Shown one piece after another: positions 48,581-56,421 of a DNA stretch of 64,000 nt. The notes below the pieces were generated by a model. The model saw only the letters and a program-made list of their open reading frames with translations, did not search any database and was not told the DNA's origin. Position numbers and translations under genes: made by a program. This DNA comes from Nanobdellota archaeon (GTDB taxonomy: Archaea > Nanobdellota > Nanobdellia > CSSed11-243R1): NCBI GenBank assembly GCA_021162365.1, contig JAGGYW010000020.1, positions 9,154-73,153 of the forward strand, in the 5' to 3' direction. Position 1 is the first letter of the stretch, and every line of letters starts with the position of its first letter.

Positions 48581-48946
48581 TTATCTTACTATGACTTTTC
48601 CTGTCATTTCTGGATTAAACTCAGATGAGTAAATATACACCCCACTTTCATCAAATACGTGTTCATATCTCTCGTTTGGAAGTAATATTGGACTTTTGAA
48701 ATCCGCGCCGACAACCCTTTGCCTAGTTTCACATTTATTTACCCATACTATTTTATCGCCTGCATTAATTGTGATTTCTTCTGGAGTGAATCCCTCGTCT
48801 TCTATGAGAATGGTGTTGGTTCCACCATACTTCTCAGGCTCATTAAATATTCTTACTCTTTCTTCGGGGTATACCATTATTAGATATACTATAAACAATG
48901 CAATTAGAGCTGCAATTATTATTGAAGCTATTGGTGTTTTTCCCAT
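48581..48946 (-). CDS. Membrane-anchored cupredoxin-like small protein lacking canonical Cu ligands
   Basis: N-terminal TM anchor. The pattern F.PEEITINAGDKIVWVN....Q....D.......G.Y.Y.S..NPEMTGKVIV resembles plastocyanin-type beta-sandwiches, but His/Cys/His ligands are absent. Confidence 0.3.
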   Translation of the reverse strand: MGKTPIASIIIAALIALFIVYLIMVYPEERVRIFNEPEKYGGTNTILIEDEGFTPEEITINAGDKIVWVNKCETRQRVVGADFKSPILLPNERYEHVFDESGVYIYSSEFNPEMTGKVIVR

Positions 48947-48977
48947 ATAAATTGGTAGGAATTAGTGGTATAAAAAG

Positions 48978-49862
48978 CTAATCCAACCCAACTTCTTTCC
49001 AAAGTTTTCTTAACATGCTTGGCATAAAGCCTAATGATGGATAGAATACAGGTAAATCTGTCCTTGCCTCAAATTTACCAACATACTTCTGTGGAACAAC
49101 TATTGCTTTGGCGTTTTCAAGTTTGGCTATGTCTACAGCTCTTCCAATTTTGTCTTTAGCGTTAGAAATATTGTAGTAAGTTAATACATCTTCAGTATAG
49201 TAGTATTTTTTGTCAAAATTTTTTGCCCTCTTTTTGTTCTTTCCTGCATCTGCTATAACTATTTCGCATCCTCTCCTTGCCATTAACCACACATTTATCC
49301 ATGATTCAACGTCGTTTGTTGTGAAACAAAGAACTTTACCTTGGGTGCCAATAGGGAGCCCGCCCCAGCCTTTGTAAAACTCATAAAACACATATGTTTC
49401 TTTCTTATCTACCTCAAAAGAAATATTTATATCATATTTTTCTAGGTCAACTTTTGCACCTGTTTTTTCCACAATGTATGCCCCAACTTCCGAACTAATT
49501 TGCATGGAAGTTAATGGGAATTTTTTAAATCTCCTTCTTGTTGTGATTCTAAACTTTTTCTTTTTGCTCTTTTTGTAAATCTTAAGTGCTGTCTTCTTCA
49601 TTTCCTCCAAGTCAGTTTTTATTATCTGCGCAGGGGAATATGAAACAACTCCAAAAACATTTTTAATTACCTTCAACACTTTTTTCATTTGCTTGCACCA
49701 CACATAGATACGCGCCCCCCTCTGTCTTATTTTTTCAATTTCGATTTTATTTTCAAGCAAGGCACGAGAAAGGTTGTCCATAAGTTTCTTTTCAAATTCT
49801 CTTCTAACCCAATATGATTTTATTCCAATTTCTCCATATCTTACGATAATCACTTTTTCCAT
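48978..49862 (-). CDS. ThiI-like protein (N-terminal ferredoxin-like + THUMP domain) with degenerate PP-loop domain
   Basis: N-terminus MEKVIIVRYGEIGIKSYWVRREFEKKL matches the ThiI start. Where ThiI has GKVLVLLSGGIDSPVA this protein has GKVLCFTTNDVESWIN. Only about 295 aa. Confidence 0.55.
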   Translation of the reverse strand: MEKVIIVRYGEIGIKSYWVRREFEKKLMDNLSRALLENKIEIEKIRQRGARIYVWCKQMKKVLKVIKNVFGVVSYSPAQIIKTDLEEMKKTALKIYKKSKKKKFRITTRRRFKKFPLTSMQISSEVGAYIVEKTGAKVDLEKYDINISFEVDKKETYVFYEFYKGWGGLPIGTQGKVLCFTTNDVESWINVWLMARRGCEIVIADAGKNKKRAKNFDKKYYYTEDVLTYYNISNAKDKIGRAVDIAKLENAKAIVVPQKYVGKFEARTDLPVFYPSLGFMPSMLRKLWKEVGLD

Positions 49863-50059
49863 ATTAGCACCCAATAAAAGATGTTTGCCAAAAGCAGAAT
49901 TGTGAGTATAACAGTAAATATTAAAAAATAATCAATTGCTGCGCCAAAAGAGTACGCTGTATAAAGAAGGGCCCACATAATTACCAGTGAAAGAGCCGAG
50001 GAAAAAACCACAACCTCTCTTTTATTTTTGATATTTCCACTTAAAATTTTTCTTAGCAT
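49850..50059 (-). CDS. Possible small 2-TM membrane protein
   Basis: The C-terminal 55 aa of the ORF are strongly hydrophobic. Start trimmed to an internal Met to avoid overlap with the divergent gene at 50135. Weak support. Confidence 0.2.
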   Translation of the reverse strand: MLRKILSGNIKNKREVVVFSSALSLVIMWALLYTAYSFGAAIDYFLIFTVILTILLLANIFYWVLIWKK

Positions 50060-50134
50060 ATAATGTGGTAAGCGAAACACATTTATAATGGTAACTTTTA
50101 GGTTTAACAATAAACATAGATAGGGGTGAAAATT

Positions 50135-51118
50135 TTGAGCGAAGAAAAACACAAGATAAAAATTTCTAAGCTGCAATTGTTCCAAGTTTTAACAGTTGTT
50201 TTAGCAATAGCACTACTTGCTAGCTTTGCAGTAAAGACAACAGGGTGCATGGTTGCAGATGTTGACACTGTTGGCAAGAACACAGTTGACTTTATTAACA
50301 ATAACTTGCTTCCACCCGGAGTATCAGCAACATACATTAATGGGAGGAGTTCGCATGGGATGTACAATTTGTCTGTTACAATAGGTAATCAAACAGGGAA
50401 CTTATTTGTTAGTGCAGATGGAAAACTTTTGTTCATTAACCCAATTGATATGTCACAAAGTATGAGTAATCCACAACAAGACCAACAACAACAAACGGAA
50501 ATTCCAAAGACAGATAAGCCAGTAGTTAAGTTGTTTGTGATGAGCTATTGTCCATTTGGAACACAAATGGAAAAAGGAATAATTCCAGTGATAAAAACAC
50601 TCGGCGACAAGATTGACTTCCAAGTGGAATTTGTGTACTATGCTATGCACGGAGAGAAAGAAATTAAGGAGAATATGTTACAAGTATGTATACAGAAGGA
50701 GTATAGAGACAAATATATTGACTACTTAGAGTGCTTCCTTGAAGCGGGAGATTCGCAGGGTTGTATAGAAAAGATTGGATTTAACAATGCTACATTAACT
50801 ACATGTATGGACAACTTAGATACAGAATATAACATAACTGCAATGTATAACGACCAGAGCACATGGTTGAGCGGCAGATATCCACTTTTCCCTGTAGACA
50901 AAGCAGACAACGATAAGTATAATGTTGGTGGGTCACCAACATTAGTAATCAATGATGTTGTTGTACAAAGTGGAAGAGATTCGGCAAGTTTGCTAAGTAC
51001 AATTTGTTCAGCATTCACAAATCCACCAGAAGAATGTAATACAGAGTTGTCTTCGACAACACCCTCTCCAGGATTTGGATATGAGGGAAGCGGAACAAAC
51101 AGTGGAAGTTGTGGCTAA
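50135..51118 (+). CDS. Secreted/membrane-anchored DsbA-like thioredoxin-fold protein with single-Cys CPFG motif and Q-rich linker
   Basis: N-terminal TM/signal. DsbA-like pattern KLFVMSYCPFG...VEFVYYAMHG...NVGGSPTLVIND, with CxxC replaced by CPFG. Start assigned to TTG 50135, 6 nt after a GGGGTGA Shine-Dalgarno (ORF track uses GTG 50126). Confidence 0.45.
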   Translation: MSEEKHKIKISKLQLFQVLTVVLAIALLASFAVKTTGCMVADVDTVGKNTVDFINNNLLPPGVSATYINGRSSHGMYNLSVTIGNQTGNLFVSADGKLLFINPIDMSQSMSNPQQDQQQQTEIPKTDKPVVKLFVMSYCPFGTQMEKGIIPVIKTLGDKIDFQVEFVYYAMHGEKEIKENMLQVCIQKEYRDKYIDYLECFLEAGDSQGCIEKIGFNNATLTTCMDNLDTEYNITAMYNDQSTWLSGRYPLFPVDKADNDKYNVGGSPTLVINDVVVQSGRDSASLLSTICSAFTNPPEECNTELSSTTPSPGFGYEGSGTNSGSCG

Positions 51119-51393
51119 AGAAGCTTTTCATAAATTTTTTTTATTATTTCTTTTGCTTTTTCTTCATCTTTAATTTCTTTGACTAGAACTCTACCATCCT
51201 TGAATATATTGATTGTGTATTTGTTTTTCGCAATTATCATGTCCTTTAGGGATAGTTTTATTTCGTATCCTTCCTTTTTGAGAATTTCCTTAGCTTTTGA
51301 CATATCTATCTTTACTAACTTCTTGACAACTCCTTGGAAGGCTGCGCCGGTTGTACAAGGTTTGAATATATAATAGTTACTCTTCATTTTCAA
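51115..51393 (-). CDS. Hypothetical small protein
   Basis: 92-aa K-rich ORF in an operon-like arrangement; no family recognised. Confidence 0.3.
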   Translation of the reverse strand: MKMKSNYYIFKPCTTGAAFQGVVKKLVKIDMSKAKEILKKEGYEIKLSLKDMIIAKNKYTINIFKDGRVLVKEIKDEEKAKEIIKKIYEKLL

Positions 51394-51664
51394 TTATCCT
51401 TACAGGGCTTTCCCCCCATTTGTATTCAATGTTTATGTCATCGAGCTTCTTTTTCCACTTTCTTAAATCCATATCTTCTGGCTCAAATATTAGAATAACT
51501 TCATCTGTTTCTGCATAAATACGAAGTACGTTTCCTTTGTCACTTGTATCTAAGTTTATGTAAAACTTTGGATTATCAAGCCTTCCAAACTCTTTTTGGA
51601 ATTCATCCCAGTCATAAATTATTTTTGCTTCCATCCTTTCACCTTCTTTGACATGTAGTACCAT
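51377..51664 (-). CDS. Hypothetical small protein
   Basis: 95-aa ORF overlapping neighbours by a few codons; no family recognised. Confidence 0.3.
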   Translation of the reverse strand: MVLHVKEGERMEAKIIYDWDEFQKEFGRLDNPKFYINLDTSDKGNVLRIYAETDEVILIFEPEDMDLRKWKKKLDDINIEYKWGESPVRIIENEE

Positions 51665-52047
51665 TCCATATGGAAATGATAATCTTTTAACACAGCGTCT
51701 ACTTTTAACCCTTGCTTTTTATAGAATTTTATAGCAGATTTGTTTCTCTCATGCGTTTTTATTATTATCCTGAAGCATCCTTTGTCCTTAGCAAAATTTT
51801 CAACAGCTTTCCAAAGTTTTGTTCCAACGCCTTTACCCCGATGGTCTTTAGAAACAATAAACTCGTCAACATAACATGCTCCACCATTGATAATACATGC
51901 TATGCATCCAAGGATTGTTTTACTTTCTTTGGCGCAAAAAATGTATTTTTTCTCGTCCCAATCTACATTTATTGAGTTGTCATACTCTTCCCATGCTTTT
52001 TCTAAAAAATATTTTGCTTCTTTTTCAGATACTTTCTCTATTTTCAT
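51619..52047 (-). CDS. GNAT-family N-acetyltransferase
   Basis: Acetyl-CoA binding motif (DHRGKGVGTKLWKAVENFAKDKG) and a GNAT C-terminal FYKKQGL segment. Confidence 0.75.
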   Translation of the reverse strand: MKIEKVSEKEAKYFLEKAWEEYDNSINVDWDEKKYIFCAKESKTILGCIACIINGGACYVDEFIVSKDHRGKGVGTKLWKAVENFAKDKGCFRIIIKTHERNKSAIKFYKKQGLKVDAVLKDYHFHMEWYYMSKKVKGWKQK

Positions 52048-52104
52048 AAAATATCTACACGTGGTTGTGAGTTATATTTTAGTGGAAAAAGTGGACAACA
52101 TCTC

Positions 52105-52878
52105 TTGAAATTAATAAATCACTATTTGGTTTCAAATGACATGGATTATATCATCTCAGAGCTTGCTGGTGCTATTGTTGGTGACGGACATATTGTTGAC
52201 AATAGAAAATATTCTTTGTATATCTATGGGAATGCGACGGAAGATTTTTGTTATTTGAGATATTTGTCGTCTCATTTTGAAAAGTTATTTGGCATATCTC
52301 CAAGGTTAGGTATAAGAGTATATAAAAATGGGCGTGCCGCGATATTACAAATCCACAATAAAGATGTCGTAAGATTTTTTACTAAAGTGGTTGGGATCCC
52401 CGCTGGAAACAAAATATACTCAGTGAGCATACCAAGTTTTGTAGATGAAAGTAATATCAAGTATTTTGTAAGGGGGTTATTCGACACGGATGGGTGTATA
52501 GTATTTACGAAGTCTAAAACGAATTCTCTATTTCCTACCTATCCGAGAATTGAAATAAAGACATCTAGTGGTAAGTTGAGTTCACAACTAATAGATGTGT
52601 TAAACAATATAGGGTTTAAAGTAAACTTACGAAGAGATGGAACTTCAAACATAATATACGTTAGTGGAAATCTCCAGGTTGATAAGTGGTTTGGGGAAAT
52701 TGGTTCGAGTAATTTAAAAAATCTAGTTAAGTTCCAATTTTGGAGGTGCTTTGGGTATCACTTGCCTGGATTAGACGTAGGATCTAGATTAAAAATATTA
52801 AAGCGGGCGGGGAGAGTCGAACTCCCTTCTACCGGTGACTGCCAATCATTGCTTAAACAGCTCATCTCACCGAGTTAG
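52105..52878 (+). CDS. Free-standing double-motif LAGLIDADG homing endonuclease
   Basis: Two LAGLIDADG motifs about 100 aa apart (ISELAGAIVGDGHI and FVRGLFDTDGCIV), as in single-chain enzymes like I-DmoI. The last ~25 codons run antisense across the tRNA gene and are probably read-through. Confidence 0.7.
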   Translation: MKLINHYLVSNDMDYIISELAGAIVGDGHIVDNRKYSLYIYGNATEDFCYLRYLSSHFEKLFGISPRLGIRVYKNGRAAILQIHNKDVVRFFTKVVGIPAGNKIYSVSIPSFVDESNIKYFVRGLFDTDGCIVFTKSKTNSLFPTYPRIEIKTSSGKLSSQLIDVLNNIGFKVNLRRDGTSNIIYVSGNLQVDKWFGEIGSSNLKNLVKFQFWRCFGYHLPGLDVGSRLKILKRAGRVELPSTGDCQSLLKQLISPS

Positions 52879-52936
52879 ACCGACTGCAGCTTCGACTCCA
52901 AGTGGAACGGTCGCATAGCCGGTCTGCCACGCCCGC
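52802..52936 (-). tRNA. tRNA gene with about 55-60 nt of inserted intron sequence; isotype unresolved (a UUCCACU loop after a GACCG stem could indicate anticodon CCA/Trp, unconfirmed)
   Basis: Minus-strand transcript begins GCGGGCG-U. It ends GGGAG-UUCGACU-CUCCC-CGCCCGC-U: canonical T-arm with TPsiCGA-like loop, plus a perfect 7-bp acceptor stem. About 103 nt lie between the acceptor 5' strand and the T-arm where about 41 are expected. CCA is not encoded. Confidence 0.6.
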
Positions 52937-52976
52937 ACAACTGAAACTAAATGGCTTTGTTTTAAATTCTTTTTCT

Positions 52977-53414
52977 TTAATCAAGAATTGTTTCTAATTG
53001 TGGTTCTTTTTGTGTTATATAAAATTTAAATCTCCCAATATTGTTTTTTACTATTTTTATAGACATATCTATTATTCTTTCACATTCCCCAGGAAAAGAT
53101 GGGATAATTTGCCTGCTGGCGTACCCTCCTGGCTTAACCTTTCTGTGGACTTCTTCATATACCTCGGGATGTTGATTTAAAAATGATTTGAATTTTTTCC
53201 TGTGTATTGGACTCCATTTTTTTTCAGAATCTTTGTAATCCTCAAATAGCCCCATTCCAATTATTGCTTGAACCAAATTATCATAAAATTCATTAACATT
53301 GTTAATCCCAAATTCCTTAGATTCAGTCACAGCACCATACTCGGTCATTACTTTTATGTATATATCTATAAATGGCGTGCATCTGGCTTTTACATGCTCA
53401 TAAACAGTAACCAA
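52977..53414 (-). CDS. Hypothetical protein
   Basis: 145-aa ORF with good coding bias; no family recognised. Confidence 0.35.
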   Translation of the reverse strand: MVTVYEHVKARCTPFIDIYIKVMTEYGAVTESKEFGINNVNEFYDNLVQAIIGMGLFEDYKDSEKKWSPIHRKKFKSFLNQHPEVYEEVHRKVKPGGYASRQIIPSFPGECERIIDMSIKIVKNNIGRFKFYITQKEPQLETILD

Positions 53415-53458
53415 TTTTTTACACCCCCTTGTGAAGTCAATTAAGCGTTAGTCATTTT

Positions 53459-54880
53459 TTAAATTCTTTTTCTTAACTTTGGACCATCTGGGGTATCCTG
53501 TAACTCCCATCCCATTTCACGAATTTTCTCACGAATTTCATCCGCTTTTCTAAAGTCTTTTTTCTTTCTTGCTTCTTCCCTTTCTTCAACGAGTTTTTTT
53601 ATCTCTTCAGGAACCTCAGCTTTCTCATGTTCTAAAATCCCAAGCACTTTGTCAAACTCAAGCATAACCTCTTTTACCTCTTTAGCATTTTTTTCTCCAA
53701 ATTTGTTATCTGCAATTAATTTATTAATCTCAGACACAAATTCATGAATTGCTGCCATTGCAAGTGGCACATTCAAATCATCATCCATAGCTTCTTCAAA
53801 TTTTTTCTTTGCGTCAGCAATTAGTTCTTTTACTTTCTCATTGTATATCCCTTCATTAATCTCATCAAGTTTTTCCATAAATTCTATCAATCGATTCACT
53901 GTTGTTTCTGCATCTTTCAAACCTTCAAATGTAAAGTTCAGCTGCGAGCGGTAGTGCGCATTCATTAAGAGGTATCTAACTGCCTTTGGTGAATATCCTT
54001 TTGCCAAAACATCACGGAGGGTGTAAAAGTTATTATATCTCTTTGACATCTTCTTTCCTTCTACAAGCACCCACTCATTGTGGAACCAGTATCTAACAAA
54101 CTGCTTTCCGGTTGCTGCCTCGCTTTGTGCAATTTCGTTTTCGTGGTGCGGAAATATTAAATCAACACCCCCAGCATGGATATCTAAAGTTTCTCCAAGG
54201 TATTTCATGCTCATAGCTGAACATTCAATGTGCCAACCTGGGCGCCCGCGAATTGTTTCTTCTTTTCCATCAATGGTAAACTTCACATTCCAGAAAACAT
54301 CTCCATCTTCCGGCGTCCATGCTTTCCAAAGCGCGAAGTCATTAGCTTCTTCTTTCTCATATTCATCTTGTTTTACCCTTGCCCCCACCTTTAACTCGCT
54401 AACTTTTATGCCCGAAAGCTTTCCATATTCTTTGAACTTGGAAACATCATAGTATATTGAGTTATCTTCTCCTTTATAAGCAAAGCCTTTGTCAATTAAG
54501 GTTTGAATTAGTTTTCTCATATCTTCTATGTGTTCAGTTGCTTTTGCATAAACATCTGCGGGCAAAAGATTAAGCTTCTTTGAATCTTCAAAAAATGCTT
54601 TGGTATATCTTTCTGTGAATTCTTTTAGCGAAATCCCTTCTTTTTGACTATCTCTAATGGTTTTGTCATCTACATCTGTTAAGTTCATGACATGCTTTAC
54701 ACTATATCCTTTGTAAAGAAGATACCTTTTGAGTATATCTTGTGCAACATAACTCCTAAAGTTTCCAATATGAGCATAATTGTAAACAGTAGGCCCGCAA
54801 GTATATAATCTCACCAATTTGTCTTCAAGTGGCTTAAATTCTTCCTTTTTTCTTCCAAGAGTGTTAAATAAAACTAACAT
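53459..54880 (-). CDS. cysS: Cysteinyl-tRNA synthetase
   Basis: CGPTVYNYAHIGNFRS (HIGH-type), zinc-binding Cys residues, KMSKR (KMSKS), and anticodon-binding C-terminal domain; 473 aa. Confidence 0.9.
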   Translation of the reverse strand: MLVLFNTLGRKKEEFKPLEDKLVRLYTCGPTVYNYAHIGNFRSYVAQDILKRYLLYKGYSVKHVMNLTDVDDKTIRDSQKEGISLKEFTERYTKAFFEDSKKLNLLPADVYAKATEHIEDMRKLIQTLIDKGFAYKGEDNSIYYDVSKFKEYGKLSGIKVSELKVGARVKQDEYEKEEANDFALWKAWTPEDGDVFWNVKFTIDGKEETIRGRPGWHIECSAMSMKYLGETLDIHAGGVDLIFPHHENEIAQSEAATGKQFVRYWFHNEWVLVEGKKMSKRYNNFYTLRDVLAKGYSPKAVRYLLMNAHYRSQLNFTFEGLKDAETTVNRLIEFMEKLDEINEGIYNEKVKELIADAKKKFEEAMDDDLNVPLAMAAIHEFVSEINKLIADNKFGEKNAKEVKEVMLEFDKVLGILEHEKAEVPEEIKKLVEEREEARKKKDFRKADEIREKIREMGWELQDTPDGPKLRKRI

Positions 54881-55627
54881 TTAATCACCTCCAAAATTAA
54901 AAAGTTGGGTACTAAAATATCTTTCTGCACCATCTGGGAGAACTGTTAGCACAATCCCTTTTAGTTTCTTTGCTACAAAAACATTTGCGCCAGATGAGAC
55001 ACCAACTGCAATTCCTTCCTTTTTTGCTATTTCTCTTGCAGTTTTTATTGCATCTTTGCTGCTTACTTTTACTATTTTGTCAATCTCTATCTTATTAAGT
55101 AATGGTGTTTCTACGTCGTCGCCTATACCTTCTATTTTGTGATTTTTCTCTTTTGGTAGGACGCCAATTATTTTTATCTTAGGAAATTTTTCTTTCAACG
55201 CTTTTCCTATGCCAGAAAGTGTTCCACCAGTTCCAATCCCCGCAACGAAGTAGTCAATTCTGTAGAATACTTTAGCGATTTTCTCCCCCACTTTATAGTG
55301 TGCTATAAAGTTTGCTTCATTTTCAAATTGATTTAAGAATACTCCTTTTTTCTTCTTTGATAGTTTCTTTGCAATTTCTTTTGCTTCTTCCATATTTTTT
55401 AATAGGATTACTTTTGCCCCAAACAACTCAATTAGTTTTTCCCTTTCTTTGCTTGCCCCTTTTTGCATAATGATAGTTACCTTCTTGCCGAGTTTTGCTC
55501 CAATGGCAGCAACAGAAATTCCTGTATTCCCTGTACTTGCTTCAATAATATGTTCCTCTTTAACTCCTTTTAGCATTTCATACACGACTCTATCTTTTAT
55601 GCTTCCTGTCAGATTAAATCTCTCCAC
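54881..55627 (-). CDS. Cysteine synthase (CysK/CysM-like PLP enzyme), compact; non-ATG (GTG) start or N-terminally truncated
   Basis: PLP-lysine motif GSIKDR, asparagine loop TSGNTG-like (STGNTG), glycine loop GTGGT. The motif lysine sits at residue 11 from a GTG start. The in-frame upstream stretch (…LVTKSEVIELRKISKNLFASVERFNLTGSIKDR) still looks CysK-like but has no ATG before a stop 22 codons upstream. Confidence 0.6.
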   Translation of the reverse strand: MERFNLTGSIKDRVVYEMLKGVKEEHIIEASTGNTGISVAAIGAKLGKKVTIIMQKGASKEREKLIELFGAKVILLKNMEEAKEIAKKLSKKKKGVFLNQFENEANFIAHYKVGEKIAKVFYRIDYFVAGIGTGGTLSGIGKALKEKFPKIKIIGVLPKEKNHKIEGIGDDVETPLLNKIEIDKIVKVSSKDAIKTAREIAKKEGIAVGVSSGANVFVAKKLKGIVLTVLPDGAERYFSTQLFNFGGD

Positions 55628-55798
55628 GCTTGCAAATAAGTTTTTAGAAATCTTTCTAAGTTCAATAACTTCCGATTTAGTTACTAAGGCAAACTAAATC
55701 ACCTTTCATTTTACCACCTCCAGAGACAGCTCTAGAAAAATCTTTAGAATTAGTTGCAGAGATAAGCACCTTTCATATTATTCACACTTTGATTGTAG

Positions 55799-55808
55799 TT
55801 TATAAATT
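55799..55808 (+). promoter_or_regulatory. Candidate archaeal TATA box (TTTATAAATT) inside a long intergenic region, not obviously associated with an annotated gene
   Basis: Consensus-like TATA octamer. Region downstream (55835-56110) has locally elevated GC and inverted repeats. See findings. Confidence 0.3.
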
Positions 55809-56110
55809 TTAAGGTTCAGGTGGCCAGCCAAAGAGGGAATTTAGCTTGCGACGCACGACTTTATTTTTGAGCGATATAATTACTGCAATAATCACAATTG
55901 CCAACAATACCCACGGCCAATATACGCTTACTTCGTATGGTAATTCCATGTGGAATTGTAACACTTAAACAATTAAATAAATTTCTTTTTCTTTTGCAAG
56001 CAAAAGCGCCCGGAAAAGTTTCTCTTTGGTGCAGCTTCTTTTCCGCCAGCGCTTTTCTAAAGGGCTGTAAGAAGGTGCTAAGAAAAGCTGTATCAAAAGA
56101 ACCTAAGAGA

Positions 56111-56158
56111 TTTCTTTCTTTAGTGCAGGTTTCTTTCTTTTTAAGAAAGAAAAGTGCG
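56111..56158. repeat. Copy B of the ~47-nt T-tract/hairpin element (TTCTTTCTTTAGTGCAGGTTTCTTTCTTTTTAAGAAAGAAAAGTGC); terminator-like
   Basis: Aligns with 16349-16400 with about 3 single-nt indels. Contains an ~11-bp perfect hairpin. Confidence 0.5.
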
Positions 56159-56295
56159 TGGGGAACTCATTAGCTACCCTGTATCTCATCGGCTTTCGCC
56201 TCGTTGGGTGTTACACTTAATCATCGTTCCCTAATTAAATAAACAACGAATCTTTTATAAGTTTATTACATCTAATAGCTTTTGGGGTGAATTTT

Positions 56296-56421
56296 ATGGT
56301 TTGTAGCGGGTTGCTTGAATATCTGCGAAAAGAGTATGGACTTGTTCCTGTAATCCTTATGCCTCCCTACACTCCTTTAATAGGAGAGCCAGAGGATTAC
56401 AAGCGCAAGGAGAGACCATGA
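56296..56421 (+). CDS. Small upstream ORF (41 aa) translationally coupled to the next gene
   Basis: ATG 6 nt downstream of a GGGGTGA Shine-Dalgarno. Its TGA stop overlaps the ATG of the 56418 gene (ccATGAgg). Its 20-nt leader is identical to that of the 58201 gene. Confidence 0.4.
   Translation: MVCSGLLEYLRKEYGLVPVILMPPYTPLIGEPEDYKRKERP

Noticed and set aside
52802-52936. Reading the tRNA on the plus strand
   Set aside because: The acceptor stem is palindromic so both strands give GCGGGCG...CGCCCGC. Only the minus strand yields a canonical T-arm (GGGAG-UUCGACU-CUCCC) adjacent to the 3' acceptor strand.
55898-56173. 91-aa plus-strand ORF in the long intergenic region
   Set aside because: Low-complexity, A/L/K/F-rich translation that runs straight through a perfect hairpin/T-tract repeat. 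More likely non-coding (possible ncRNA region).
56161-56232. tRNA-like 71-nt structured segment (GGGAAC...GUUCCC)
   Set aside because: Only a 6-bp closing stem. No D-arm GG, and no T-loop UUCRA consensus. Treated as an mRNA leader structure, not a tRNA.
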